From Lentisphaeria bacterium (GTDB lineage: Bacteria; Verrucomicrobiota; Lentisphaeria; Victivallales; UBA1829), in assembly GCA_017503375.1 (NCBI GenBank), contig JAFVTF010000009.1, positions 31,933 through 95,932 on the forward strand: 64,000 bases of DNA, written 5' to 3'. The position numbers and the translations under genes are program-made. Below, piece by piece: positions 23,410 through 32,839 of the stretch. Position 1 is the stretch's first letter; the number at the start of each line of letters is the position of its first letter. The notes below the pieces were generated by a model that worked only from the letters and a program-made list of their open reading frames with translations, was not told where the DNA came from and ran no database searches.

Positions 23410-24932
23410 TGCTTACGAGGACATTTTCTGCTACATTGAGCGGTGTTGACGCCCGGACGATCGAGGTGGAAGTCAACGCAACAGGACAGGGGGAAGAATC
23501 CAATGTTGTCATTGTCGGACTTCCTGATGCAGCGGTCCGGGAGAGCCGGAACCGTGTAAGTTCTGCGCTTCAATCGAGCGGATATGGACATCCATCCGGA
23601 TATACGCTGGTGAATTTAGCACCTGCAGATATCCGGAAAGAGGGTGCAGCGTTTGATCTTCCGATAGCGCTGGCGTTTTTATCTGCGCTTGGGCTTGTGA
23701 ACCGGGAAGAACTGGAACATTCTCTGATTGTCGGAGAATTGGCTTTGGATGGTTCTGTGCGTCCTGTCAAGGGGTGTCTTCCCATGGCGATGCTGGCACG
23801 TGATCTTGCGCCGGGAATCCGGAACCTGATTGTTCCGGCAAAGAATGCACCGGAAGCGGTAATTGCGGCAAAACACATGAGAGTTTTTGCTGTAACGAAT
23901 TTACGTGAAGCGGCAGATGCCATAGCTGGAAATTTTTTACCGCTTGCACCTTCAAAAACTGACCTTTTCCAGGAGCCGGACTGGTCGATTTATCCGGATT
24001 TTGCGGATGTCAAGGGACAATATATGGCGAAACGGGCATTGGAGATTGCTGCAGCTGGCGGACATAATGTTCTGTTCATCGGACCTCCGGGAACCGGGAA
24101 ATCCATGCTTGCCAGCCGTCTGCCCGGGATTCTGCCGCCGATGACCGAACAGGAATCATTGGAAACGAGCCGTGTTTACAGTGTATCCGGAATGCTGAGT
24201 TCAGATTCACCGCTGCTGAAAACGCGTCCCTTCCGTTCGCCGCACCATACGGTGAGCGATGCAGGATTGCTTGGGGGCGGAACAGATCCGCGTCCGGGAG
24301 AAATCAGTCTGGCACATAATGGTGTTTTGTTTCTGGATGAACTTCCGGAATTCAAGCGGAGCGTTCTGGAGACATTGCGGCAGCCGATGGAGACGGGCGT
24401 GATCACAATCAGCCGTGCTGCCGGAAGTTTTGATTTTCCGTGCAGATTCTTATTCCTTGCGGCGATGAATCCGTGTCCATGCGGACATTTCGGGGATCCC
24501 CGGAGAGCGTGCCGTTGCGGAGCGAAACGGATTCAGGATTACCGTGCGAAGATCTCCGGACCGCTGCTTGACCGTATTGACCTTCATGTTGAAGTTGCGG
24601 CACTTACGGACCATGAACTGCTGAATGCGCCTGTCAGTGAACCGAGTTCAGCGATCCGGGAACGTGTATTCCGTGCAAGAATGATTCAGAATGAGCGCGG
24701 AGTAATCAATTCCCAGCTTGGACCGAAACATTTGCGGGAATTCTGTCAGATTGCCATGAGTGACAAAAACAAGCTGCGGCACATGATCAATGAGCTTGCG
24801 TTGAGTGCGCGGGCATACGACAGAATTTTACGCGTAGCAAGGACGATTGCAGACCTTGACGGAGTTCCGGAAATCAGCATGGAACATATTTACGAAGCTG
24901 TCGGCTACCGTTCCCTTGACAGGCGGATGTAA
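23409..24932 (+). CDS. YifB/ComM-family Mg-chelatase-like AAA+ ATPase
   Basis: 507 aa with an N-terminal Lon-like domain (VNLAPADIRKEGAAFDLPIALA), Walker A GPPGTGKS and GVLFLDELPEF. Confidence 0.9.
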   Translation: MLTRTFSATLSGVDARTIEVEVNATGQGEESNVVIVGLPDAAVRESRNRVSSALQSSGYGHPSGYTLVNLAPADIRKEGAAFDLPIALAFLSALGLVNREELEHSLIVGELALDGSVRPVKGCLPMAMLARDLAPGIRNLIVPAKNAPEAVIAAKHMRVFAVTNLREAADAIAGNFLPLAPSKTDLFQEPDWSIYPDFADVKGQYMAKRALEIAAAGGHNVLFIGPPGTGKSMLASRLPGILPPMTEQESLETSRVYSVSGMLSSDSPLLKTRPFRSPHHTVSDAGLLGGGTDPRPGEISLAHNGVLFLDELPEFKRSVLETLRQPMETGVITISRAAGSFDFPCRFLFLAAMNPCPCGHFGDPRRACRCGAKRIQDYRAKISGPLLDRIDLHVEVAALTDHELLNAPVSEPSSAIRERVFRARMIQNERGVINSQLGPKHLREFCQIAMSDKNKLRHMINELALSARAYDRILRVARTIADLDGVPEISMEHIYEAVGYRSLDRRM

Positions 24933-25008
24933 AAAAAACTTTATATTCCGTCTGGAAAACGAATGGAAACGGGAGTATATTAACAGAATAATTCCGGAGA
25001 AAAAAAGA

Positions 25009-25320
25009 ATGAAATTCATTTTGACATTTTTGGTATTTATCCTGTGCGGTCTGGCGGCCTTTTCAATATTGGGAGCCGGAGCGGTTGCGCTTGCCGCATC
25101 CGGTACGCTTCCGGATACGGCGATGGGACATTATATTCTGTCGGCGATTTATTTTATGCTGAGCGGCTCTCTGATTTTTTCAGCAGTCGGGATGGTTCTC
25201 GGGATTATTACAGGAGTTATCGGTTTTCTTCTTTTGAGCCGTCTCCGTACGATTATTTCGTTTGCGCTTGCGATTATTCTGGGCGCGATCTGGTATTTTT
25301 TATTAACCTGTGAGTTGTAA
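25009..25320 (+). CDS. small integral membrane protein, function unknown
   Basis: 103 aa starting from the ATG at 25009. About three hydrophobic helices. The upstream part of track ORF 24847 overlaps the comM 3' end. Confidence 0.5.
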   Translation: MKFILTFLVFILCGLAAFSILGAGAVALAASGTLPDTAMGHYILSAIYFMLSGSLIFSAVGMVLGIITGVIGFLLLSRLRTIISFALAIILGAIWYFLLTCEL

Positions 25321-25321
25321 C

Positions 25322-25807
25322 ATGGCAAAATTCAGAAGCGGATTCGGTTATGATGCACACCGTTTTGCAGCGGGGCGTCCCATGATGCTTTGCGGGATTC
25401 AGATTCCCTGTGAGTTCGGTCTTGCCGGCCACAGTGATGCGGATGCACCGCTTCACGCATTGACAGATGCTCTTCTGGGAGCACTTGCGCTTGGAGATAT
25501 CGGGAAACTGTTTCCGGATACTGACCAGGCGTATCTCAACGCGGACAGCGTTGTACTTTTACAGAAAGCATATTCTCTGGAGGCCTTCCGCGAATGGGAG
25601 ATTTCCAGTATTGATATAACGATAGTTGCACAAAAGCCCAAGATCGGACCTCACACGGAGGCTATGCGGGAACGGATTGCTTCTGCGCTGGGGATCAGTG
25701 CGGATTGTGTTTCCATCAAGGGAAAGACTACGGAAGGGATGGGTTTTTGCGGCAGAGGAGAAGGATTGCAGACATTTGCGCAGGTCCTTCTGGAAAGGAA
25801 AGGTTGA
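25322..25807 (+). CDS. ispF: 2-C-methyl-D-erythritol 2,4-cyclodiphosphate synthase
   Basis: FRSGFGYDAHRF...GHSDADAPLHALTDALLGALALGDIG. Confidence 0.93.
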   Translation: MAKFRSGFGYDAHRFAAGRPMMLCGIQIPCEFGLAGHSDADAPLHALTDALLGALALGDIGKLFPDTDQAYLNADSVVLLQKAYSLEAFREWEISSIDITIVAQKPKIGPHTEAMRERIASALGISADCVSIKGKTTEGMGFCGRGEGLQTFAQVLLERKG

Positions 25808-25810
25808 TTT

Positions 25811-26365
25811 ATGCTCGAAGATCTTGTGAAACAGACATTGCTTGAATTGGGAGAAGATCCGGAACGGGAAGGTTTGGTAAAAACTCCGGAACGGGTTGCC
25901 AGAAGTTTGAAATTTCTGACCCGCGGCTATCAGCAGGATATTGATGAAGTGATTCACGGTGCGATTTTCACGCAGGATTGCGATGATATGGTGATCGTGA
26001 AAGATATTGAATTTTACAGTTTGTGCGAACATCACATGCTGCCTTTTTTCGGGAAATGCCATATCGGTTACATTCCGAAAGGACGTGTTTTCGGGGTTTC
26101 CAAACTTGCGCGTCTGGTGGATGTATTCGCACGCCGTCTGCAAATCCAGGAACGGATGACGCAGCAGATTGCACAGCAGATTTTTGAAATCATTGAACCG
26201 GAAGGAGTCGGTGTGGTTGTGGAAGCACAGCATCTCTGCATGAGAATGCGCGGTGTGGAAAAACAGAACTCCCAGATGGTTACATCATCCATGCTGGGTT
26301 CATTCCGGAAGGAAACGGCTACCCGGATGGAATTTTTGAGTTTGATCAACGCAAACAGGAATTAA
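25811..26365 (+). CDS. folE: GTP cyclohydrolase I
   Basis: [13 protein letters not shown]..., [35 protein letters not shown]. Confidence 0.93.
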   Translation: MLEDLVKQTLLELGEDPEREGLVKTPERVARSLKFLTRGYQQDIDEVIHGAIFTQDCDDMVIVKDIEFYSLCEHHMLPFFGKCHIGYIPKGRVFGVSKLARLVDVFARRLQIQERMTQQIAQQIFEIIEPEGVGVVVEAQHLCMRMRGVEKQNSQMVTSSMLGSFRKETATRMEFLSLINANRN

Positions 26366-26368
26366 AAT

Positions 26369-26821
26369 ATGAGAGTTCTGCTTCAGAGAGCCGCTGCCGG
26401 AAGTGTAACAATTTCCGGGGAATGTGTAGGAAAGATCGGAAAAGGATTGGTACTTCTCATCGGAGTTACTCATACAGACACCCCGGAAGATGTGGATTAT
26501 CTGGTGAAAAAATGTGCAAATCTGCGTATTTTTGAAGATGAGAACGGGAAAATGAACCGTTCTCTGCTGGACATTAACGGGGAAGTTCTTGCGGTATCGC
26601 AATTCACGTTGTACGGTGATTGTGTGAAGGGACGGCGTCCCGGGTTTGATGCGGCGGCGGAACCTGTCATGGCTGAAAAGCTGTATGATCTTTTTGTAGA
26701 AAAGATGAAGCAGGAAGGAGTCCGGAAAGTTGATACCGGGCGGTTCGGAGCAGATATGATGGTCTCCATTGAAAATGACGGACCTGTTACATTTATGCTG
26801 GAAAGCAAGGCAAAATCATGA
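26369..26821 (+). CDS. dtd: D-aminoacyl-tRNA deacylase
   Basis: 150 aa, MRVLLQR...GLVLLIGV...VSQFTLYGD...GRRPGF. Confidence 0.92.
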   Translation: MRVLLQRAAAGSVTISGECVGKIGKGLVLLIGVTHTDTPEDVDYLVKKCANLRIFEDENGKMNRSLLDINGEVLAVSQFTLYGDCVKGRRPGFDAAAEPVMAEKLYDLFVEKMKQEGVRKVDTGRFGADMMVSIENDGPVTFMLESKAKS

Positions 26822-27966
26822 AAAATGTAGTAATACTCGGTTCGACCGGATCGGTTGGAGAAAGCGGATTCCGTGTGGCGCAGGCGATGCGGGATCAGGT
26901 GCGGGTTCTCGGAGTCGTGGGAAATACGAATCTGAAACGGCTGGGAGAACAGGCAGCGGACCTGGGCTGTACTTTTGCAGCGACAGGCAACGGAAATGCA
27001 GCTGCTCTTCAGAAAGAATTGCCGTCCGGCTGCAAAGCATACGCCGGGATGGATGCCATTTGTGAGTTGGTGAGCCGTCCGGAAGTTGATCTGGTTCTGT
27101 GTGCGATTGTCGGAATCACCTCTCTTCCTGCGGTTCTGGCGGCGATCCGTGCAAGAAAAACCATTGCGCTTGCCACAAAAGAAGTTCTTGTTCTTGCCGG
27201 AACACTTGTGATGAATGAAGCGGAAAAATATCAGGCAAAAATAATTCCCGTTGACAGTGAACACAGTGCGGTGTTCCAGTGTCTTGAAGGACAACAGAAG
27301 AATTTTTCCAAAATACTTCTGACCTGCAGCGGCGGTCCGTTCCGGAATACGCCTGCGGAGCAGTTGAAATCAGTTACCTGGGCAGATGCCATGAAACATC
27401 CGACCTGGAATATGGGAGAGAAAGTCACGCTGGATTCAGCAACTCTGATGAATAAGGCTTTAGAGATGGTGGAAGCGCACCATCTGTTCGGTGCGCCGGA
27501 AGAAAAAATCGGTGTATTGATCCATCCGCAATCCATTGTTCACTCCATGGTGGAATATGAAGATGGAGCTGTGATCGCTCATTTGAGTATGCCTGACATG
27601 AGATTTCCGGTACAGTATGCATTTTCCTGGCCGGAACGGTGTCCGGGCGGATTACCTGCATTGAATCTGGCAAAGGCTGGAACGCTTACGTTTGAAGAGC
27701 CTGATACGGTGAGATTTCCTTCGTTGGATTATGCACGGGAAGCGATCCGGAAAGGCGGTGTTGCGGGCGCAGTAATGAATGCGGCAAATGAAGCGGCATA
27801 TCATCGGTTCAAAGCCGGAGATATCGGTTTTACTGACATCTGGCGGATCGTGGAACGTACTATGAATACCATAGAAAATAAAAAGAAAGAGGTCTCTCTA
27901 GAAGAGATCATGGAAGCGGACCGTGCAGCACGTGCATTTGCTTCCGGAATCAAATTGAAAGGATAA
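26818..27966 (+). CDS. dxr: 1-deoxy-D-xylulose 5-phosphate reductoisomerase
   Basis: [13 protein letters not shown]..., [14 protein letters not shown], and THPTWNMG-type motif ([21 protein letters not shown]). Confidence 0.95.
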   Translation: MKNVVILGSTGSVGESGFRVAQAMRDQVRVLGVVGNTNLKRLGEQAADLGCTFAATGNGNAAALQKELPSGCKAYAGMDAICELVSRPEVDLVLCAIVGITSLPAVLAAIRARKTIALATKEVLVLAGTLVMNEAEKYQAKIIPVDSEHSAVFQCLEGQQKNFSKILLTCSGGPFRNTPAEQLKSVTWADAMKHPTWNMGEKVTLDSATLMNKALEMVEAHHLFGAPEEKIGVLIHPQSIVHSMVEYEDGAVIAHLSMPDMRFPVQYAFSWPERCPGGLPALNLAKAGTLTFEEPDTVRFPSLDYAREAIRKGGVAGAVMNAANEAAYHRFKAGDIGFTDIWRIVERTMNTIENKKKEVSLEEIMEADRAARAFASGIKLKG

Positions 27967-29654
27967 TGGATTTTATGAGCAGTTTTCTGAATGTACTCTC
28001 GATCATCGGGGCAACAGTCTTCATGATCTTTTTCTTCGGTTTTTGTATTTTTATTCATGAACTGGGACATTTTCTTGCGGCGAAATGGCGCGGTTTGAAA
28101 GTTACGGCATTTTCCATCGGATTCCGCAAAATCTGGGGAAAAACCTGGAACGGTGTGGAATACCGGATCGGCTGGATTCCCTTCGGCGGATATGTGGAAA
28201 TCCCGCAGGTGGATGGTGACGGTGCAAAAGTCAAAGATGAAAACGGAAATGATATTGAGATTCCTGCAGCGAAACCGCTGGACCGGATGATCACAGTCGT
28301 TGCCGGACCGCTCTTCAATATTCTGTTCGGATTTGTTCTGGGAACAGTGATCTGGATCACCGGGATCCCGCAGGACACACCGAACCTGAAAGAGATTGAA
28401 GTTGCAGTAATCAAGCAGGACAGCCCGGAATACAAAGCCGGATTGCGTGAAGGGGATGTTATCACAAAACTGAACGGACGTTCCTTCAACACCAGCTGGA
28501 ACGGCATATTCAAAGAGATCCTCACAACTGTCGGCCCGGTCAAAATGACAGTCCGTAAGAAAGATGGTTCTGTTCAGGAAATCTCCTATGTTCCTGCAAT
28601 AAACAATAAAGTTCTGCCGGATGAAGGGGTTGCTTATCCGTTTTTCCTCCCGAAACTGCCGCTGTTTGTCTATCCGGATGAAGGAACACCCGCCTGGAAT
28701 GCAGGCATCAGAAAAGGGGACAAAATTCTTGCGATCAATAATGAACATCCCACCTCCATTAAAGAGTTTGAGTTGATGATCGACCATTCCAAAGGTCAGC
28801 CTGTTACAATTCTGATTGAACGCAACGGAAAAGAGATGACCATAGAAGGAGTCAAACCTGTTCCGCATGAGATCAAGGGTGAAAAAGGAATCTGGCAAGT
28901 TGGAATCGTCTACAATCCGACGGCAGAAAAGCTCTCCGCAATTGAGGTTAGGAAAGGCGGAGCAGCAGACAAAGCCGGACTGAAAAAAGATGATATCATC
29001 AGCAAAATCAATGGTGAAGTTCCGGTTCCGGCAAATTTCCCTGTTATTATCCAGAATACCGCTGGAAAGCCGTTGAAACTGGAAATTATCCGGAAAGAAC
29101 CTGCCGGGAAAGTGGAAACTATCGAACTGAAACCGGACTTTATTCAGTATTACACCATTGGCGTTCAGTATGCCTATATTGCGCATCCTACTCCGTGGGA
29201 TCAGTTTATGAACACGATATCCCTCACATGGAAATCCATGCGTGCAATCGGTTACAGTATCGGAAAAACGGTTGGACTGACAGAACGGCAGACCACAGTC
29301 AAGCCCAAACACATGAGCGGACCTCTGGGAATCGGACGCATCCTTTACCGTTCCGTATACGACGGCTCCCTGATTCAGGGGCTGAATATTGTGGTTCTCA
29401 TCACCTTCAGTCTCGGATTGCTGAACCTGCTTCCCTTCCCTGTGCTTGACGGCGGACATTTTCTGCTTGCGCTGCTTGAAATCATCTTCCGGAAACCGAT
29501 TCCGGAAAAATATCTTAATCCGATCTCGTATGCCTTTGTTGCAATCATCATCGGATTCATGATTTTTGTAACGTTCTATGATGCAAAACGGGTCATCGGG
29601 GATTTTATGCCAAAGAAACCGGCTGTGGAAATCCCGAATAAACCGGGGAAATAA
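27966..29654 (+). CDS. rseP: RIP site-2 metalloprotease RseP (M50 family, multiple PDZ domains)
   Basis: HELGHFLAAK zinc motif, PDZ-like repeats, and C-terminal LLNLLPFPVLDGGH. The dxr-rseP adjacency is widely conserved. Confidence 0.9.
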   Translation: MDFMSSFLNVLSIIGATVFMIFFFGFCIFIHELGHFLAAKWRGLKVTAFSIGFRKIWGKTWNGVEYRIGWIPFGGYVEIPQVDGDGAKVKDENGNDIEIPAAKPLDRMITVVAGPLFNILFGFVLGTVIWITGIPQDTPNLKEIEVAVIKQDSPEYKAGLREGDVITKLNGRSFNTSWNGIFKEILTTVGPVKMTVRKKDGSVQEISYVPAINNKVLPDEGVAYPFFLPKLPLFVYPDEGTPAWNAGIRKGDKILAINNEHPTSIKEFELMIDHSKGQPVTILIERNGKEMTIEGVKPVPHEIKGEKGIWQVGIVYNPTAEKLSAIEVRKGGAADKAGLKKDDIISKINGEVPVPANFPVIIQNTAGKPLKLEIIRKEPAGKVETIELKPDFIQYYTIGVQYAYIAHPTPWDQFMNTISLTWKSMRAIGYSIGKTVGLTERQTTVKPKHMSGPLGIGRILYRSVYDGSLIQGLNIVVLITFSLGLLNLLPFPVLDGGHFLLALLEIIFRKPIPEKYLNPISYAFVAIIIGFMIFVTFYDAKRVIGDFMPKKPAVEIPNKPGK

Positions 29655-29656
29655 CA

Positions 29657-30688
29657 ATGGCAAAAAAAGCCGGAAGTGACGTTTCCATCTCTGACATCGC
29701 TGAAAAATGCGGTGTCAGTGCCATGACAGTCAGCCGTGTAATGCGGCAAAGTCCGGTTGTAAGCAAAAAGACCAGGGAACTTGTTCTGGCGGCAGCGGAG
29801 GAGCTTGGATATCTCAAAGGTTCCCGGCTGGGAAGACCTGCGGGGACACCCCGGGATGCTCATACGCGGGTCCGTTTGATCTGCGGAACTCCGGAACGCG
29901 GTCCCGTTGTTTTCCAGATGCGGCTTTTATCCGCCGTAGAACGCGCGCTGACGGCCAGAAACTGTGAATGTGTTCTCTACTGCGGAACCGGTGATTACCG
30001 CACCTTCCTGCGCCTGCAAGCCTCCGCTTTGAAAACGGAAGCTCAGGCAACCTTCATCATCGGGGATTTTCCGGAAAAACAGCTGACTTCCCTGATCGCA
30101 GCTTTCCCCGGAGCTGTTCTGATCGACAATCCGGGTACTCCCGATACAAATGCTTCCTTCAACTCGTTTGCGTTCGACAATGCCGCAGCTGCAGAACTGG
30201 CATTGTCACATTTGCTGGAACAGGGATATGACAACCCACTGATTCTCACCGGGCCGGAAAGGCATTTCTTCTCCAGAGAAATCGAAACCGGATGCCGCCG
30301 CTTTATGAAATCTCATGGAAAAGCAATGCCGGAAATCATACGGACAGATTACACGCCTGCCTCTGCCGAAATTGCTATGAAAAAATATCTTGCCTCCGGA
30401 AAAAAATTCGATTCTGTCTTTACCACCGACGAAATCGCAACAGGAGTATACCGGGCCATGCTTTCTTCCGGGCGGAATATTCCGGGAGATGCTGCAATCT
30501 GCGGCTGTGATAATCTTCCATCCGGAGCTGTGCTTTATCCTTCTCTTACAACAATCTCACTTGATTATGAAGAACTTGCACGAAGTGCAGTTGAGTTTGT
30601 GCTCCGGAAAGAAAAAAACGGAATCCCGAAACGGATTCGCCTGATGCCATCCTTAATTATCCGGGAATCCACCGCCAAACGGAATTAA
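29657..30688 (+). CDS. LacI-family transcriptional regulator
   Basis: N-terminal HTH (VSISDIAEKCGVSAMTVSRVMRQ) followed by a periplasmic-binding-protein-like sugar-binding core. Confidence 0.85.
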   Translation: MAKKAGSDVSISDIAEKCGVSAMTVSRVMRQSPVVSKKTRELVLAAAEELGYLKGSRLGRPAGTPRDAHTRVRLICGTPERGPVVFQMRLLSAVERALTARNCECVLYCGTGDYRTFLRLQASALKTEAQATFIIGDFPEKQLTSLIAAFPGAVLIDNPGTPDTNASFNSFAFDNAAAAELALSHLLEQGYDNPLILTGPERHFFSREIETGCRRFMKSHGKAMPEIIRTDYTPASAEIAMKKYLASGKKFDSVFTTDEIATGVYRAMLSSGRNIPGDAAICGCDNLPSGAVLYPSLTTISLDYEELARSAVEFVLRKEKNGIPKRIRLMPSLIIRESTAKRN

Positions 30689-30709
30689 AACAACTTTCAT
30701 CCTTTTATC

Positions 30710-30738
30710 TTGAAATCCGGATTATCCCGTGCTATATT
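30710..30738 (+). promoter_or_regulatory. sigma70-like promoter with extended -10 (TTGAAA-N17-TATATT, TGc upstream)
   Basis: TTGAAA at 30710-30715 and gtgcTATATT ending at 30738. Transcription would read through repeat copy A into the 30978 gene. Confidence 0.45.
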
Positions 30739-30752
30739 ACGCGATGAAAAAA

Positions 30753-30953
30753 GCTCTGTTCCCAATAAAGGCTGCTTTGTGATCGGGGAAGAAAGGAAAA
30801 AATTTTGAGGAAATTTTTTCCCTTCTTCCCCGAACCCCACCATCCTTTTTCAAACCTTTTTGCGGCATTCCGATTTTTGCTGTGCAAAAATCAAAATGCC
30901 ATCTTTGGGTTAAAACAGCGGAAAAACTTACCTGCCTTTATTGGAAACAGAGC
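30753..30953 (+). repeat. family-1 structured intergenic repeat, copy A (about 201 nt)
   Basis: Bounded by a 20-nt imperfect TIR (GCTCTGTTCCCAATAAAGGC / GCCTTTATTGGAAACAGAGC). Contains two long hairpins at 30784-30832 and 30864-30900. The central part is near-identical to the reverse complement of 37233-37433. Confidence 0.85.
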
Positions 30954-30977
30954 CAAAAAAATTATGAGGGAGCTCAA

Positions 30978-32816
30978 ATGAAGCGTTTGAAAGAATTTTT
31001 CGTCTGCCGGAAGGATAATTTTGCCTCTGCGTTCCGATTCGGGATATTGAATTTTATTGTCTTTGCCGCGATTGGAATTTTTTACCGGACACAAGTATAT
31101 ATTTCTGATGTTACATTTGCCGGAGAGATTTATTCATTCTTTCTGTTTTTGGCAATTCCAGGTGTGCTTGCACTTATCCTGGCTTTGCTTACGATGCTTT
31201 GTGCATGCATAAATAAACATGCAATGCGGATCATCGGTGTTTTTGCGGGGATTCTTTGTACAGCATTTCTGATGATAGATGCCGTTGTTTTCAGCCAATA
31301 CAAATTTCATATTGATTCCGCGATGCTGGCTCTTTTCCTTTCTGATGCCGGAACCGAATTGATTCCCTTTTCCTGGGGAATGTTCCTCATGGCGGCAGCA
31401 GGTTTTCTCGTTATCACAGCAGTTGTTATTTTTCTGATGTTTCTTGCTGAAAAAACATCAAAGGCGATCTATACAAAGATTGCAAAAATTTCCGCATGTG
31501 TTTTCCTTGCCGGATTCCTTGTTTATCACGGATGGCACGCTTATGCGACCTTCAAAGGAGATCCCATTATTCTGGAACGGAATCAGACTTTTCCCGGAAA
31601 TTTCGGATTGTCAGCTAAACGTCTTCTCACAAGACTCGGTTTCAAACCTGGAGAAAATTTTGACATGAACAAAGACCGCGGTTCTTTCCATTATCCGTTA
31701 TCGGCTCTTCAGTTCAAAGAAGATGCCCGGAAATACAATGTCGTCTTTGTGATCGTTGATGCCCTGCGTGGAGATATGATCACGCCGGATGTGATGCCGT
31801 ACCTCAGTAAATTTGCAGGCGAAAATGCGTACTTCAAAAATCATTTCAGTAACGGAAACTGTACACGGACCGGAATGTTTGCGCTTTTCTCCGGAATCTA
31901 CGGAACCTACTGGGACCAAGCCCTTTCCGCAGGACGCGGCAGTGTGCTGGTCGACAGTCTTCTGCAGCGCGGTTATGAAACAGGCATCTCCTTCTCTGCC
32001 GCATTGACCAATCCGGAGTTTGACCGGACCATTTTCGCCAACGTGAACGGAATGACTCTGAAACGGAAAGGATTCAATAAACTGGAACGGGATTATGAAG
32101 CAATCAGAGAGTTTAAGGATTTTGTGCTGAAACGGGATAAATCCAAACCCTCATTCGCTGTGCTGATGTACGATTCCCTTCATGGATATATCGTTCCGGA
32201 AAACTTCAAGGCACCCTTTGACAATGCTTATGATACAATGAATTACCTGACCTTGCGGAAAGATGATAAAGCACAGAAAGAAAAAGTATTCAATCTGATC
32301 CGGAATGCCTCTGCTTTTATCGATACTCAGCTGCAGGATATGATGGAATTCCTCAAAAAGGAATATGACTGGAACAATACAATTTTCGTGATTACCTCTG
32401 ACCACGGAAATGAGTGCAACGAGTCCGGAAACAATATCTGGGGACATAACAGTAAATTCTCCAGATATCAGCTGCATGTTCCCTTGATTCTTGCCGGAGG
32501 CCCTGTTCAGAAAGGCGTATTCAGACACAGAACCTACCATGTGGATGTTGTTCCGACGCTGATGAAAATGCTCGGCTGTAAAACTGAGCTCAAAGATTAT
32601 TCCGCCGGAAGATGGCTCTGGGAAACCTCTGAAAGAGATATGATGATTCTTTCCAGTTATTCCAACCGCGCTATGATTTACAATGATACAATCTATGAAA
32701 TGAACCGGAACGGGGTCTCATACAACTATGATTTGGAGGGGAAAAGCGTCAAAGCTCCGCCCTCCGGAAAACTGACAAAAGAATTTCTGAATGAAATTTC
32801 CAGATTTTCACGCTGA
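30978..32816 (+). CDS. membrane-anchored alkaline-phosphatase/sulfatase-superfamily protein (YejM/PbgA/LtaS-like)
   Basis: N-terminal multi-TM region, then VVFVIVDALRGD, NGNCTRTG and TSDHGNE motifs. The ATG at 30978 has a GAGGGA RBS. The track ORF from GTG 30882 runs through the repeat. Confidence 0.7.
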   Translation: MKRLKEFFVCRKDNFASAFRFGILNFIVFAAIGIFYRTQVYISDVTFAGEIYSFFLFLAIPGVLALILALLTMLCACINKHAMRIIGVFAGILCTAFLMIDAVVFSQYKFHIDSAMLALFLSDAGTELIPFSWGMFLMAAAGFLVITAVVIFLMFLAEKTSKAIYTKIAKISACVFLAGFLVYHGWHAYATFKGDPIILERNQTFPGNFGLSAKRLLTRLGFKPGENFDMNKDRGSFHYPLSALQFKEDARKYNVVFVIVDALRGDMITPDVMPYLSKFAGENAYFKNHFSNGNCTRTGMFALFSGIYGTYWDQALSAGRGSVLVDSLLQRGYETGISFSAALTNPEFDRTIFANVNGMTLKRKGFNKLERDYEAIREFKDFVLKRDKSKPSFAVLMYDSLHGYIVPENFKAPFDNAYDTMNYLTLRKDDKAQKEKVFNLIRNASAFIDTQLQDMMEFLKKEYDWNNTIFVITSDHGNECNESGNNIWGHNSKFSRYQLHVPLILAGGPVQKGVFRHRTYHVDVVPTLMKMLGCKTELKDYSAGRWLWETSERDMMILSSYSNRAMIYNDTIYEMNRNGVSYNYDLEGKSVKAPPSGKLTKEFLNEISRFSR

Positions 32817-32839
32817 GCTTCAACTGCGCTCAGCGTGAA
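32807..32839. terminator. 12-bp perfect hairpin spanning both stop codons of two convergent genes
   Basis: TTCACGCTGAGC-N9-GCTCAGCGTGAA. The two stop codons (32814-32816 and 32820-32822) lie inside the structure. Confidence 0.5.
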
